Shown here in pieces: positions 51,501 through 59,994 of a DNA stretch of 64,000 bases (positions are counted from its first letter, which is position 1; each line of letters starts with the position of its first letter). Under the pieces are notes generated by a model, which had not been told where the DNA came from, searched no databases, and worked only from the letters and a program-made list of their open reading frames with translations. This DNA comes from Raja brachyura. Its lineage: Eukaryota. The stretch covers positions 19,530,001 through 19,594,000 of the forward strand of contig OY740804.1 of assembly GCA_963514005.1 (NCBI GenBank). Reading direction: 5' to 3'. Made by a program: the position numbers and the translations under genes.

Positions 51501-54500
51501 GTCTCGCTGAGTTACTCCTGCATTCCGTTCTATCTTTGACCAGCATCGTCTGAACGAAATTGTTATCATAGTCATAACATATAATAAAAAACAAAACACA
51601 CAATAAACACATATCCAACATCCACCACAATGAGATCACCAGGCACCTCCTCACTGTGGTGGAAGGCAAAAGTCTTAAGTCATTGTCTTCATCCCTCCTA
51701 GTTCTCCCTCTGCGCTGAGGCAATCCAAGCCTCCGCGCCGCTGGAGCACCGCAGCTCTAAGCCGGACCGCCGCTGGAGCACCGCAGCTCTAAGCCGGACC
51801 GCCGCTGGAGCACCGCAGCTCTAAGCCGGACCGCCGCTGGAGCACCGCAGCTCTAAGCCGGACCGCCGCTGGAGCACCGCAGCTCTAAGCCGGACCGCCA
51901 CTGGAGCACCGCAGCTCTAAGCCGGACCGCCGCTGGAGCACCGCAGCTCTAAGCCGGACCGCCGCTGGAGCACCGCAGCTCTAAGCCGGACCTCCGCTGG
52001 AGCACCGCAGCTCTAAGCCGGACTGCCGCTGGAGCACCGCAGCTCTAAGCCGGACCGCCGCTGGAGCACCGCAGCTCTAAGCCGGACCGCCGCTGGAGCA
52101 CCGCAGCTCCAAGCCGGACCGCCGCTGGAGCACCGCAGCTCCAAGCCGGACCGCCGCTGGAGCACCGCAGCTCCAAGCCGGACCTCCGCTAGAGCACCGC
52201 AGTTCCAAGCCGGACCGCCGCTGGAGCACTGCAGCTCCAAGCCGGACCGCCGCTAGAGCACCGCAGCTCCAAGCCGGACCGCCGCTGGAGCACCGCAGCT
52301 CCAAGCCGGACCGCCGCTAGAGCACCGCAGCTCTAAGCCGGACTGCCGCTGGAGCCCCGCAGCTCTAAGCCGGACCGCCGCTGGAGCACCGCAGCTCTAA
52401 GCCGGACCGCCGCTGGAGTACCGCAGCTCTAAGCCGGGCCGCCGCCGGAGCACCGCAGCTCTAAGCCGGACCGCTGCTAGAGCACCGCAGCTCTAAGCCG
52501 GACCGCCGCTGGAGCACCGCAGCTCTAAGCCGGACCGCCGCTGGAGCACCGCAGCTCTAAGCCGGACCGCCGCTGGAGCACCGCAGCTCTAAGTATATAT
52601 TTGATACTTGACTAATGACGTCAGTGTGCCGAAAGCCTTCTTGACCACTCTGTCTACCTGTGATGCCACTTTCAAGGAACTACGTATATACCTGCACTTC
52701 TGCATTTCACTGCTCTACAACTCTCCCCAGAGCCCTGTGTAGGTCCTATCCTGGTTAGACTCCGGAAAATGTATGACAATTATGTTTCCGAAATGCAACA
52801 CGTCACATTAATAATGAAAGACATTGTATACATACACTCTGTTGCGCTTATGATCGTGGCGCTCAATTCTTCCATAGTGTGATTGAAGTCTGCCTGAGGC
52901 AGGATGTAGAGTGAGCCGATTCATGCTTCCTCCAGCGTCTGTCGCTTCCAAGGCCTGAAAAAATCAGTTTAACATGTACATGGCATATGAGAGTTTGCAG
53001 TCTCTTTCTCATATTGGAAGGTTTGCTCCTCAAGTTCTGGTTGCACTTCAGACCGTGCTCCTGATCTTTGGGCACCCAGTGTGGGCCTCGGTGTGTCTGT
53101 TAGGGGACGTACGCGTTGGTCTGCTCCTGGGTCCAGCCCAGATGGCATTTCACAGGTGCCGCTGTGCGTAGTCGAAAGTTCCGCCCTGACTACCAGATCC
53201 TCTTTGGAGGTTATGTCCATATCTGGGTGACATTGAGAGGGAATGTTCAGCATCTACTGGCCGCTTGGAGGCTGACTGGGAGCAGAGGACACTGCAGCGG
53301 CTCAAGTGTGTCGAGATAAGGTTGTTGTAACTTGAAGTTTGTTGATCGTATACTGGATGAATACAATCCTGTATACCTGTACGTGTACAAATGTAATGTA
53401 TACTGTCCTAGTGTGATGCTTGTAATCGTGGAATTTCCTTTAAAAAAGAAAACAACTGTGGTCTAACTCAGAAACTGGCGTAATATATGGAGGGGGTAAA
53501 GTGAATGGTGATTGGAGAGGATAGTGGGGTATTGGAGAGGATCGAGGGGAATTGCTCTGGATGGAGGGTGAAAGAGGATAGCGGGATTGGAGGGAAGTGA
53601 TGTATGGGGATATTTGAGGCAATTGAGGAACATTGAGGGTGGAGGAGGAAAAGGAGGGGAGTGAAAATAAAAAAACACTGCAGTTTCCCAAAAGCACGAA
53701 GAATCCGTAGAAATAGAAACAGTTCGCGTTTCACATGAGGAACTCTTCACCAGACCTGAGAGACAAAGAAATGTCTGTATAGGTGGCAGTGAAATGTGAG
53801 GGAGGGGATGGGTTGGAGTCTAAGGTGGGATGAGGGTGTGTGGCAGATGGGAGATGGTTGAGTTACTGTGGCCGTGCGACCTATTGCTGATGTAGATCTG
53901 GCCACTGGGACGTGCCCAACAGGGCTGGCTGTCCAGGGAGAGAAAACAGGATGGCAGGCACTGGTTTGGGGTTTAGTGGAGGGAGATGGGAGTGGCAGTG
54001 GGGACATGATACTGGGGTGGGGTGGGAGTGGATCTGTCCACTCCGTGTCACTGGGAGAGACGATGGGGTTGGAGTCACTGAGTCTTTTCTCCTCACCAGC
54101 TACAGGATTGCCGTGGTGGGTGAAAATGCTGACCACCATTGTGATCATCATTGTGATCATCATTGTGATTGTTATGAGCCTCTCCATCTGTTACTGCTGC
54201 ATACTGAAAGTGAACCAACTGACATGGGCTGACCTGCTTGTGAACTGGGCCAACTGGAGCCGAGAAAGACGAGACCAGCGTGTTTCATTCTGTACCCGTG
54301 AGTGTCTGCTCCGATCAAGGGAATGTGAGGTCAGTTACCAGGGGAGAGAATAGCAAGGGGTGGGAGGAGCTGAGAGAGAGTGTGGGCAAGAGGATGGTGG
54401 AGATGAAGGGGATGTGTGAGACGAGGGAGCAGTGGTGAGTATAGAAGGCAATGGGGAGAAAACGGGAATGGCCAGAAGGATGTGGGAGGGGCTGGAGGAG

Positions 54501-56946
54501 GAGGTGGTAGGGGTCAGGGGTGTGGCAGCTGTGAGGGGGTTGTAGAATAGAAAGGCGGTTCAGAGGGGTGAGGGTTCCAGGGAGCAGATCACTGAACAGC
54601 GCCGCTTCACCTGTATTCTCCCTCCACAGTGTTGCTGAATCCAGAAACAATCATCAAGAATCCTCACGACAATACCGACAAACAGTAAGTAGCAGAATGG
54701 TCCTCAGCAGAGGACTGCTGGAGATCAAACAGGCAGCCCAGCGTGGGAGATGGCAGAGTAGTAACACGATAAATCATCCCCACATCCTCACCAGGAGTAT
54801 CCCAGGATAGAGACCCAGTTACTGGGGTAGACTGTCTCCACACACCCCCAGTTACTGGGGTAGACTGTCTGCCACACACCCAGTTACACTGTCCGCACTC
54901 GAGATTCCAATGTTTAATTGTCCAAGATTGGAACAATGAAATTCATATTTGCTTCAGCTTTGCAGGCATATTAAATGCAACAGCACAACAAATTAAGGTA
55001 TAATAAAAAATGTTGCGTTAGGGTTGTGCAGAGTGGTTCAAGATTCAGGCGGTCGATGGGAAGAAGCTGTTCCTGGAAGCTATAACACAGTTCTCAGACT
55101 CTTGTACCTTCATTTTGATGGTAGCAATGAAATGAGGCTGTGGATCTTGATCATATGAGATGCCTTCCTAACGCAGTGCCCCCTGTAGGTCCCTGTGATG
55201 GTTGGGAGCTCAGTTTTGTGATGGACCAGGCAAGATTTAATTCTCTGCAACTTCATTCCTTCCAAGCACACCCTGTTCCTGAGATACACTGTCCCCATAC
55301 ACCCAGTTACTGGGGTACACTGTCCCCCACACACCCAGTTACAGGGGTACACTGTCCCCCACACACCCAGTTACTGGGGTACACTGTCCCCATACACCCA
55401 GTTACTGGGGTACACTGTCCCCTACACACCCAGTTACTGGGGTACACTGTCCCCATACACCCAGTTACTGGGGTACACTGTCCCCATACACCCAGTTAGT
55501 GGGGTACACTGTCCCCATACACCCAGTTAGTGGGGTACACTGTCCCCTACACACCCAGTTACTGGGGTACACTGTCCCCATACACCCAGTTACTGGGGTA
55601 CACTGTCCCCATACACCCAGTTACTGGGGTACACTGTCCCCATACACCCAGTTACTGGGGTACACTGTCCCCATACACCCAGTTACTGGGGTACACTGTC
55701 CCCATACACCCAGTTACTGGGGTACACTGTCCCCTACACACCCAGTTACAGGGGTACACTGTCCCCCACACACCCAGTTACTGGGGTACACTGTCCCCAT
55801 ACACCCAGTTAGTGGGGTACACTGTCCCCTACACACCCAGTTACTGGGGTACACTGTCCCCATACACCCAGTTACTGGGGTACACTGTCCCCATACACCC
55901 AGTTACTGGGGTACACTGTCCCCATACACCCAGTTACTGGGGTACACTGTCCCCATACACCCAGTTACTGGGGTACACTGTCCCCTACACACCCAGTTAC
56001 AGGGGTACACTGTCCCCCACACACCCAGTTACTGGGGTACACTGTCCCCATACACCCAGTTACTGGGGTACACTGTCCCCATACACCCAGTTACTGGGGT
56101 ACACTGTCCCCATACACCCAGTTACTGGGGTACACTGTCCCCTACACACCCAGTTACAGGGGTACACTGTCCCCCACACACCCAGTTACTGGGGTACACT
56201 GTCCCCATACACCCAGTTACTGGGGTACACTGTCCCCTACACATCCAGTTACTGGGGTACACTATCCCCCACACACCCAGTTACTGGGGTACACTGTCCC
56301 CTACACACCCAGTTACTGGGGTACACTGTCCCCCACACACCCAGTTACTGGGGTACACTGTCCCCTACACATCCAGTTACTGGGGTACACTGTCCCCCAC
56401 ACACCCAGTTACTGGGGTACACTGTCCCCCACAGACCCATATACTGGGGTACACTGTCCCCCACAGACCTAGTTACAGGGGTACACTGTCCCCACACAGG
56501 CCACTTGTGAGGTTGGAGAAGGGTTGTGTTTCATGTTTGCGTTTCTGAATGGACACGCTCGCGAAGGTGAAATCTCGCGGTGCATGGGCCGAGTGAGATG
56601 GGGAGCGTCAGGGTCAATGGGTATCAAGGTGCTGCTTTGTGTGGGAAGAGGGGTTGGATTGGGAACACTGGGAAATATCTATCAATGGGCACTCACTGAT
56701 CTCACCTCTGCTCTGTCCTACAGGCTTGATCCAGTCAAAGTGAGTGAAGAAAGGATCCCATTCGGTGTTCGAAGCGCACAGACACCCCATGACATAGAGA
56801 CTCCAGCTCACAGACATCCCATGACAGTTGATTCCAGTTCACAGACACCCCATGAGAGTTGGCTCCAGCTCACAGATACCCCACAAGAGTTGGCTCCAGC
56901 TCAGATACCCCATGAGAGTTGGCTCCAGCTCATAGATACCCCATGA
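28490..56946 (+). CDS. CD2/SLAM-family immunoglobulin superfamily type I membrane receptor (spliced): join(28490-28544,38913-39230,43376-43657,54100-54297,54630-54684,56724-56946), about 376 aa; 3' end ambiguous
   Basis: All junctions are GT-AG with compatible phases (1,1,1,1,2) and no internal stop. Architecture is SP, Cys-less IgV, IgC2 with 4 Cys, TM, cytoplasmic tail. Confidence 0.8.
29592..30035 (-). mobile_element. Rex1-type LINE 3' fragment
   Basis: [17 protein letters not shown] peptide and CACATGACAATAATAAAC 3' end on the minus strand. Confidence 0.65.
30240..30352. repeat. (CT)n microsatellite in intron 1
   Basis: Direct reading. Confidence 0.9.
30700..31215 (-). mobile_element. 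Penelope-like RT fragment
   Basis: Minus-strand [20 protein letters not shown] resembles the PLE RT C-terminal motifs. Confidence 0.5.
31500..33300 (+). mobile_element. Old CR1 ORF2/3'UTR
   Basis: Degenerate AFDKV, IYINNLD and [14 protein letters not shown] motifs. Confidence 0.65.
33568..36240 (-). mobile_element. Rex1-type LINE (5'-truncated), containing a CR1 insertion near its 3' end
   Basis: [35 protein letters not shown] and [10 protein letters not shown] peptides; AATAAA plus (TGAACAA)n-type tail at about 33568-33610. Confidence 0.85.
33625..34311 (+). mobile_element. Young CR1 3' end
   Basis: [13 protein letters not shown] and [19 protein letters not shown] peptides; (TTTCTATG)n tail at about 34283-34311. 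Confidence 0.9.
36480..37360. repeat. AT-rich interspersed repeat, possibly a non-autonomous DNA transposon
   Basis: Sharp compositional change and an internal inverted motif (AAAGTTATGG..CCATAACTTT). No ORF, termini not resolved. Confidence 0.3.
37730..38230. repeat. Degenerate tandem repeat, unit about 41 bp (CACACCCAGTTCCCAGTACAGTAGTGGGGAGGGGAGAGGGT-like)
   Basis: CCAGTT(C/T)(C/T)CAGT followed by G-runs recurs at about 40-bp spacing. Confidence 0.7.
38913..39230 (+). CDS. SLAM/CD2-like exon 2: N-terminal IgV domain without the B-F disulfide
   Basis: Acceptor TTGTCTCCTCAG, donor G|GTGAGT, phase 1-1. Motifs [34 protein letters not shown] and VRLEVY; no cysteine. Confidence 0.9.
40085..40620 (+). 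mobile_element. Penelope-like 3' fragment
   Basis: [15 protein letters not shown] peptide and GTCTGAAGAAGGGTCTCGACCC..CAGCATCTGCAGTTCC terminal motif. Confidence 0.75.
40945..41115 (-). mobile_element. V-SINE (HE1-like)
   Basis: Reverse complement of the tRNA head and V-domain (GGTGCTGTCTGTGTGGAGTTTGTATGTTCTCCCTGTGACC). Confidence 0.7.
41500..43075. mobile_element. Cluster of CR1 fragments (both strands) and short Penelope/SINE tail pieces in intron 2
   Basis: KLERVQ.RFTR (minus), PHLEYC (plus), CR1 3'UTR motifs, and TCTGAAGAAG/GACCCGAAA motifs at about 42.6-42.8 kb. Confidence 0.55.
43376..43657 (+). CDS. SLAM/CD2-like exon 3: IgC2 domain with two predicted disulfides
   Basis: [29 protein letters not shown] and DVC; phase 1-1 with consensus splice sites. 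Sequons NFT and NRT. Confidence 0.9.
44000..45105 (+). mobile_element. Old CR1 RT/3' fragment
   Basis: [20 protein letters not shown] and MQFWTPYY motifs. Confidence 0.7.
46352..47610 (-). mobile_element. Short non-autonomous element (family of 13153-13907) next to a V-SINE piece (46228-46352), itself split by a CR1
   Basis: Degenerate hairpin motif at about 47223-47260; GC-rich GAAGCTCC repeats; GGAGGCCGCCAGCT..CGATATTAGGCC shared with 13691-13720. Confidence 0.6.
46453..47200 (+). mobile_element. Young CR1 3' end
   Basis: Nearly identical to 33625-34311; ends CCTGCACCTATTTTCTATG. Confidence 0.9.
47958..50685. repeat. 2.7-kb C/T-rich low-complexity (polypyrimidine) tract with internal duplications
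   Basis: Almost only C and T on the + strand. Blocks are repeated, e.g. about 48480-48740 versus 48995-49240, and CCCGTGTGTGTGGGAGGTGGTTAGTGTG near 50234 and 50547. Confidence 0.95.
51010..51540 (+). mobile_element. Penelope-like GIY-YIG/3' fragment
   Basis: [21 protein letters not shown] and [28 protein letters not shown]. Confidence 0.8.
51545..51735 (-). mobile_element. 3' part of the short non-autonomous element family, continuing into the 32-bp minisatellite
   Basis: ATCCACCACAATGAGATCACCAGGCACCTCCTCACTGTGGTGGAAGGCAAAAGTC matches 13261-13316. Confidence 0.65.
51736..52592. repeat. 32-bp CpG-rich minisatellite (GCCGGACCGCCGCTGGAGCACCGCAGCTCTAA), about 27 copies
   Basis: Near-perfect tandem units read directly; 4 CpG per unit. 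Confidence 0.97.
54100..54297 (+). CDS. SLAM/CD2-like exon 4: transmembrane helix and juxtamembrane region
   Basis: Acceptor CTTTTCTCCTCACCAG, donor C|GTGAGT. Encodes [33 protein letters not shown], in frame with exon 3. Confidence 0.8.
54630..54684 (+). CDS. SLAM/CD2-like exon 5: small cytoplasmic exon ([18 protein letters not shown])
   Basis: TTCTCCCTCCACAG acceptor, CA|GTAAGT donor, open in the required phase. Confidence 0.65.
55285..56500. repeat. 31/32-bp minisatellite (CCCAGTTACTGGGGTACACTGTCCCCATACA), about 39 copies; diverged seed copies at 54814-54895
   Basis: Direct reading; each unit contains the near-palindrome CCCAGT-T-ACTGGG. Confidence 0.97.
56724..56946 (+). CDS. SLAM/CD2-like exon 6 (cytoplasmic): either reads into the minisatellite to TGA 56944, or is a 16-nt micro-exon (56724-56739) spliced to 57084
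   Basis: CTCTGTCCTACAG acceptor; phase 2 matches exon 5. Internal AAA|GTGAGT donor at 56740 and downstream CCGTTTTACAG acceptor ending at 57083. Confidence 0.5.
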
Positions 56947-57064
56947 GAGTTGGCTCCAGCTCATTGATACCCCATGAGAGTTGGCTCCAGCTCATAGATA
57001 CCTCATGAGAGTTGACTCCAGCTCACAGATACCCCATGAGAGTTGGCTGCAGCTCACAGATACC
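56777..57064. repeat. 31-bp minisatellite (CACAGATACCCCATGAGAGTTGGCTCCAGCT), about 9 copies, at the 3' end of the SLAM/CD2-like gene
   Basis: Units of 32,31,31,31,29,31,31,31,31 nt counted by hand. Confidence 0.93.
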
Positions 57065-57759
57065 TGCTGCCTCCGTTTTACAGCGAGTGCCTCTGCACGT
57101 GCCCAGTTACTAGGAAACGATGCCCATCTCCGGTGCAGAGGGAGGATGATAGGGGTGAGTTTCCCTTCCACTGGAACCTCTGCCCTTTTCCCACTGACCC
57201 GGTGAGGAGGAACCATGTTCAACACCAGGGGTTCTGCAGTGACCTGTCGTGACCCCACATCCACACCCGTTACTCCCAGTCTCCCAACTCTTTGTCCCAG
57301 ACTGTGGTTTGTAACCGCACCAACGCTGTGCTCTGTGTTACTGACCGTATATCCACTGATGTTCCCACAGCCCCTCCAGTGGATGTGCAAATAACTATTC
57401 AGAAACAAAACATAGGTTGGCTTTATTGAAGACACAATACGGTTGTCAATTAGATTGTGTATGGTTCGGCTGTTCCCCACTCATGTGATAAATATATGAC
57501 CACGTATTTAACTAGAGGGCACATATTCTCAGCCCTGACTGCAACTTCCCTCTGAAAGTTGGTTTATTTTAGTGTTTATCCTTAATCGTATTTCAAAATG
57601 TTGCTAGAAAATGTGCATTTTGCAAGACCTGGTTTCTCAATTGTTTTCCTGATATATAAAAATTGGCAAACATAACTTTCTTAATTTAAACATTCACAAA
57701 CCAGTGTTCCTTGAACTTTGAAAGTGAGTATTTGCTGTCTTGTGTACGTATTCCTTATA

Positions 57760-59346
57760 CAGTGCATTCAGAAAGTATTCAGACCCCTTCACTTTTTGTT
57801 ACGTTATAGCCTTATTTTAAAATGGATTACATTTGGTTTTTTTTATCATCAATCTACACACAATACCCCAGAATGAAGGTGAAAACAGGTGTTTAGAAAT
57901 GTTTTCAAAGTAATTACAAAGAAATAACTGAAATATCACATTTACATAAGTATTCAGACCATTTACTATGCCTCTAAATTGAGCTTAGGCTCATCCTGTT
58001 TCCATTGAATATCCTTGAGGTGTTTCTACAACTTGATTGGAGTCCACCAGTGGTAAATTAAATTGATTGGACATGATTTGGAAAGGCACACACCTGTCTA
58101 TATGAGTTAACAGTGCATGTCAGAGTAAAAACTAAGCCATGAAGACAAAGGAATTGTCTGTAGACCTCCGAGACAGGATTGTGTCGAGGGAAGGGGAGAT
58201 ATGGGGAAGGGTATAAAACAATTTCTGCAGTATTACAGGTCCCGAAGAGCACAGTGGCCTCCGTCATTCTTAAATGGAAGAACTTTGGAACCACCAGGAC
58301 TCTTAATAGAGCTGGCCGCCTGGCCAAACTGAGCAATCAGGGGAGAAGGGCCTTGATCAGGGAGGTGACCAAGAACCCGATGGTCACTCTGACAGAGCTC
58401 CAGAGTTCCTCTGTGGAGATGGAAGAACCTTCCAGAAGGACAACTATATCGGTGGTACACCACCAATGAGGCCTTTATGGTAGAGTGGCCAGACGGAAGC
58501 CACTCCTCAGTAAAAGGCACATGACAGCCCGCTTGCAGTTTGTCAAAAGGGTTGTTTTGTCTGGTGCTCTGGTCTGATGAAACCAAGATTAAACTCTTTG
58601 GCCAGAATGCCAAGCGTCACGTACGGAGGAAACCAGGCACCGCTCATCACCTGGCCAATACCATACCTACATGGTGGTGAAGCATGGTGGTGGCAGCATC
58701 ATGCTGTGGGGATGTTTTTCAGCGGCAGGAACTGGGAAAGAGATCAGGGGAAAGATGAACGGAGCAAAGTACAGAGAAAACCCTGATGAAAACCTGCTCC
58801 AGAGCGTTCTGGACCTCAGACTGGCGCGGAGGTTCACCTTCCAAAAGGACAACGACCCAAATCACACAGTCAAGGCAACGCAGGAATGGCTTACTGACAA
58901 GACTGTTAATGTTCTTGAGTGGCCCAGCCGGAGCCTGGACATGAACCTGATTGAACATCTCCGGAGGGACCTGAAAATAGCTGTGCATCGATGCTCCCCT
59001 GACAGAGCTCGAGAGGATCTGCAGAGAAGAATGGGAGCAATTACCCAAATACAGGTGTGCCAAGCTTGTAGCGTCATATCCAAGAAGACTTGAGGCAGTA
59101 ATCGCTGCCAAAGGTGTCTCAACAAAGTAATGAGTAAAGGGTCTGAATACGTAAGTAAATGTGATATTTCAGTTATTTATTTTTAACTATTTTGCAAAAA
59201 TTTCTAAACACTTGTTTTTGCTTTTTTTATTATGGGGTATTGTGTGTAGATTGATGAAAAAAAAATGTGATCCATTTTAGAATAAGGCTGTAACGTATCA
59301 AAATGTGGAACAAGTGAAGGGGTCTGAATACTTTCTGAATGCACTG
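57760..59346 (+). mobile_element. Tc1/mariner DNA transposon, IR/DR type, full length (about 1.59 kb), transposase defective
   Basis: TA target duplication on both sides; about 200-bp TIRs starting CAGTGCATTCAGAAAGTATTCAGACCCC with an inner AAGTATTCAGACC direct repeat. Confidence 0.95.
58139..59130 (+). pseudogene. Tc1 transposase (DD34E type), frameshifted
   Basis: MKTKELSVDLRDRIV, GYKTIS, WSDETKI, KHGGGSIMLWGCFS, FQKDNDPNH, WPS.S.DMNLIEHL. Confidence 0.9.
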
Positions 59347-59994
59347 TATATCTGTACAAAGTATTTGTGAAGAATATTTGAATATTAATTGTAATCTGAG
59401 AATTTCTCCTTTTAAATTTTAATTCTAATCAATCTTTTATTAATGTTTGAAGTCAACAAAGGTCATGACTTTGAAACACACTTAAAATTATTTGTACTCT
59501 TCCACACATATCATGCCTTCCACCTCTATGTCAGCACTTATTTGATTAACTCCAACTTCCAGTGTTGTTATTGGCATCTCCTACCTTGCTTCTGCGAGTT
59601 AGATCCATCCTAGTCCTGTTACGGTGGAATCCATTGAGACAGAACAGTTTTCCACTGCTCAAGGCTAAACCTGGCCAAAGTTCAACGCTCCCATTGAAAT
59701 GTATGGGAGGGATTATGTGTTCTGAAAAACAACAAACAGTTGTTTTATTATTTAGATTACTTTCAATTTTTTTTTAATTCATTTGAGAAGTTTTCAAAAT
59801 TATGAGAGGTGTAGATTGTAGGAAATCCTTCTCCGTGGCAGGGGTGTCTTACAAATACAGATTTATTTTACCAGGTCCCAGTCATTCCATCTGAATCTCT
59901 CCTCGCAGATGCTGCCTGACCTACCACTCTTTACATTTCCTGTTCATTCAGATTTTTACTGCTTAATTCTATTTTTTTTTAATAATAAAATCTG

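Noticed and set aside
52860-53440. GC-balanced stretch with short ORFs in intron 3 as an extra exon or antisense gene
   Set aside because: No recognisable motif or phase-compatible splice pair found; left unassigned.
55499-56548. 349-aa and 326-aa repetitive ORFs
   Set aside because: Translations of a 31/32-bp minisatellite in rotating frames; no evidence of coding function.
51736-57064. CRISPR-like appearance of the 31-32-bp repeats
   Set aside because: Units are head-to-tail with no unique spacers, there are no cas genes, and the context is eukaryotic.
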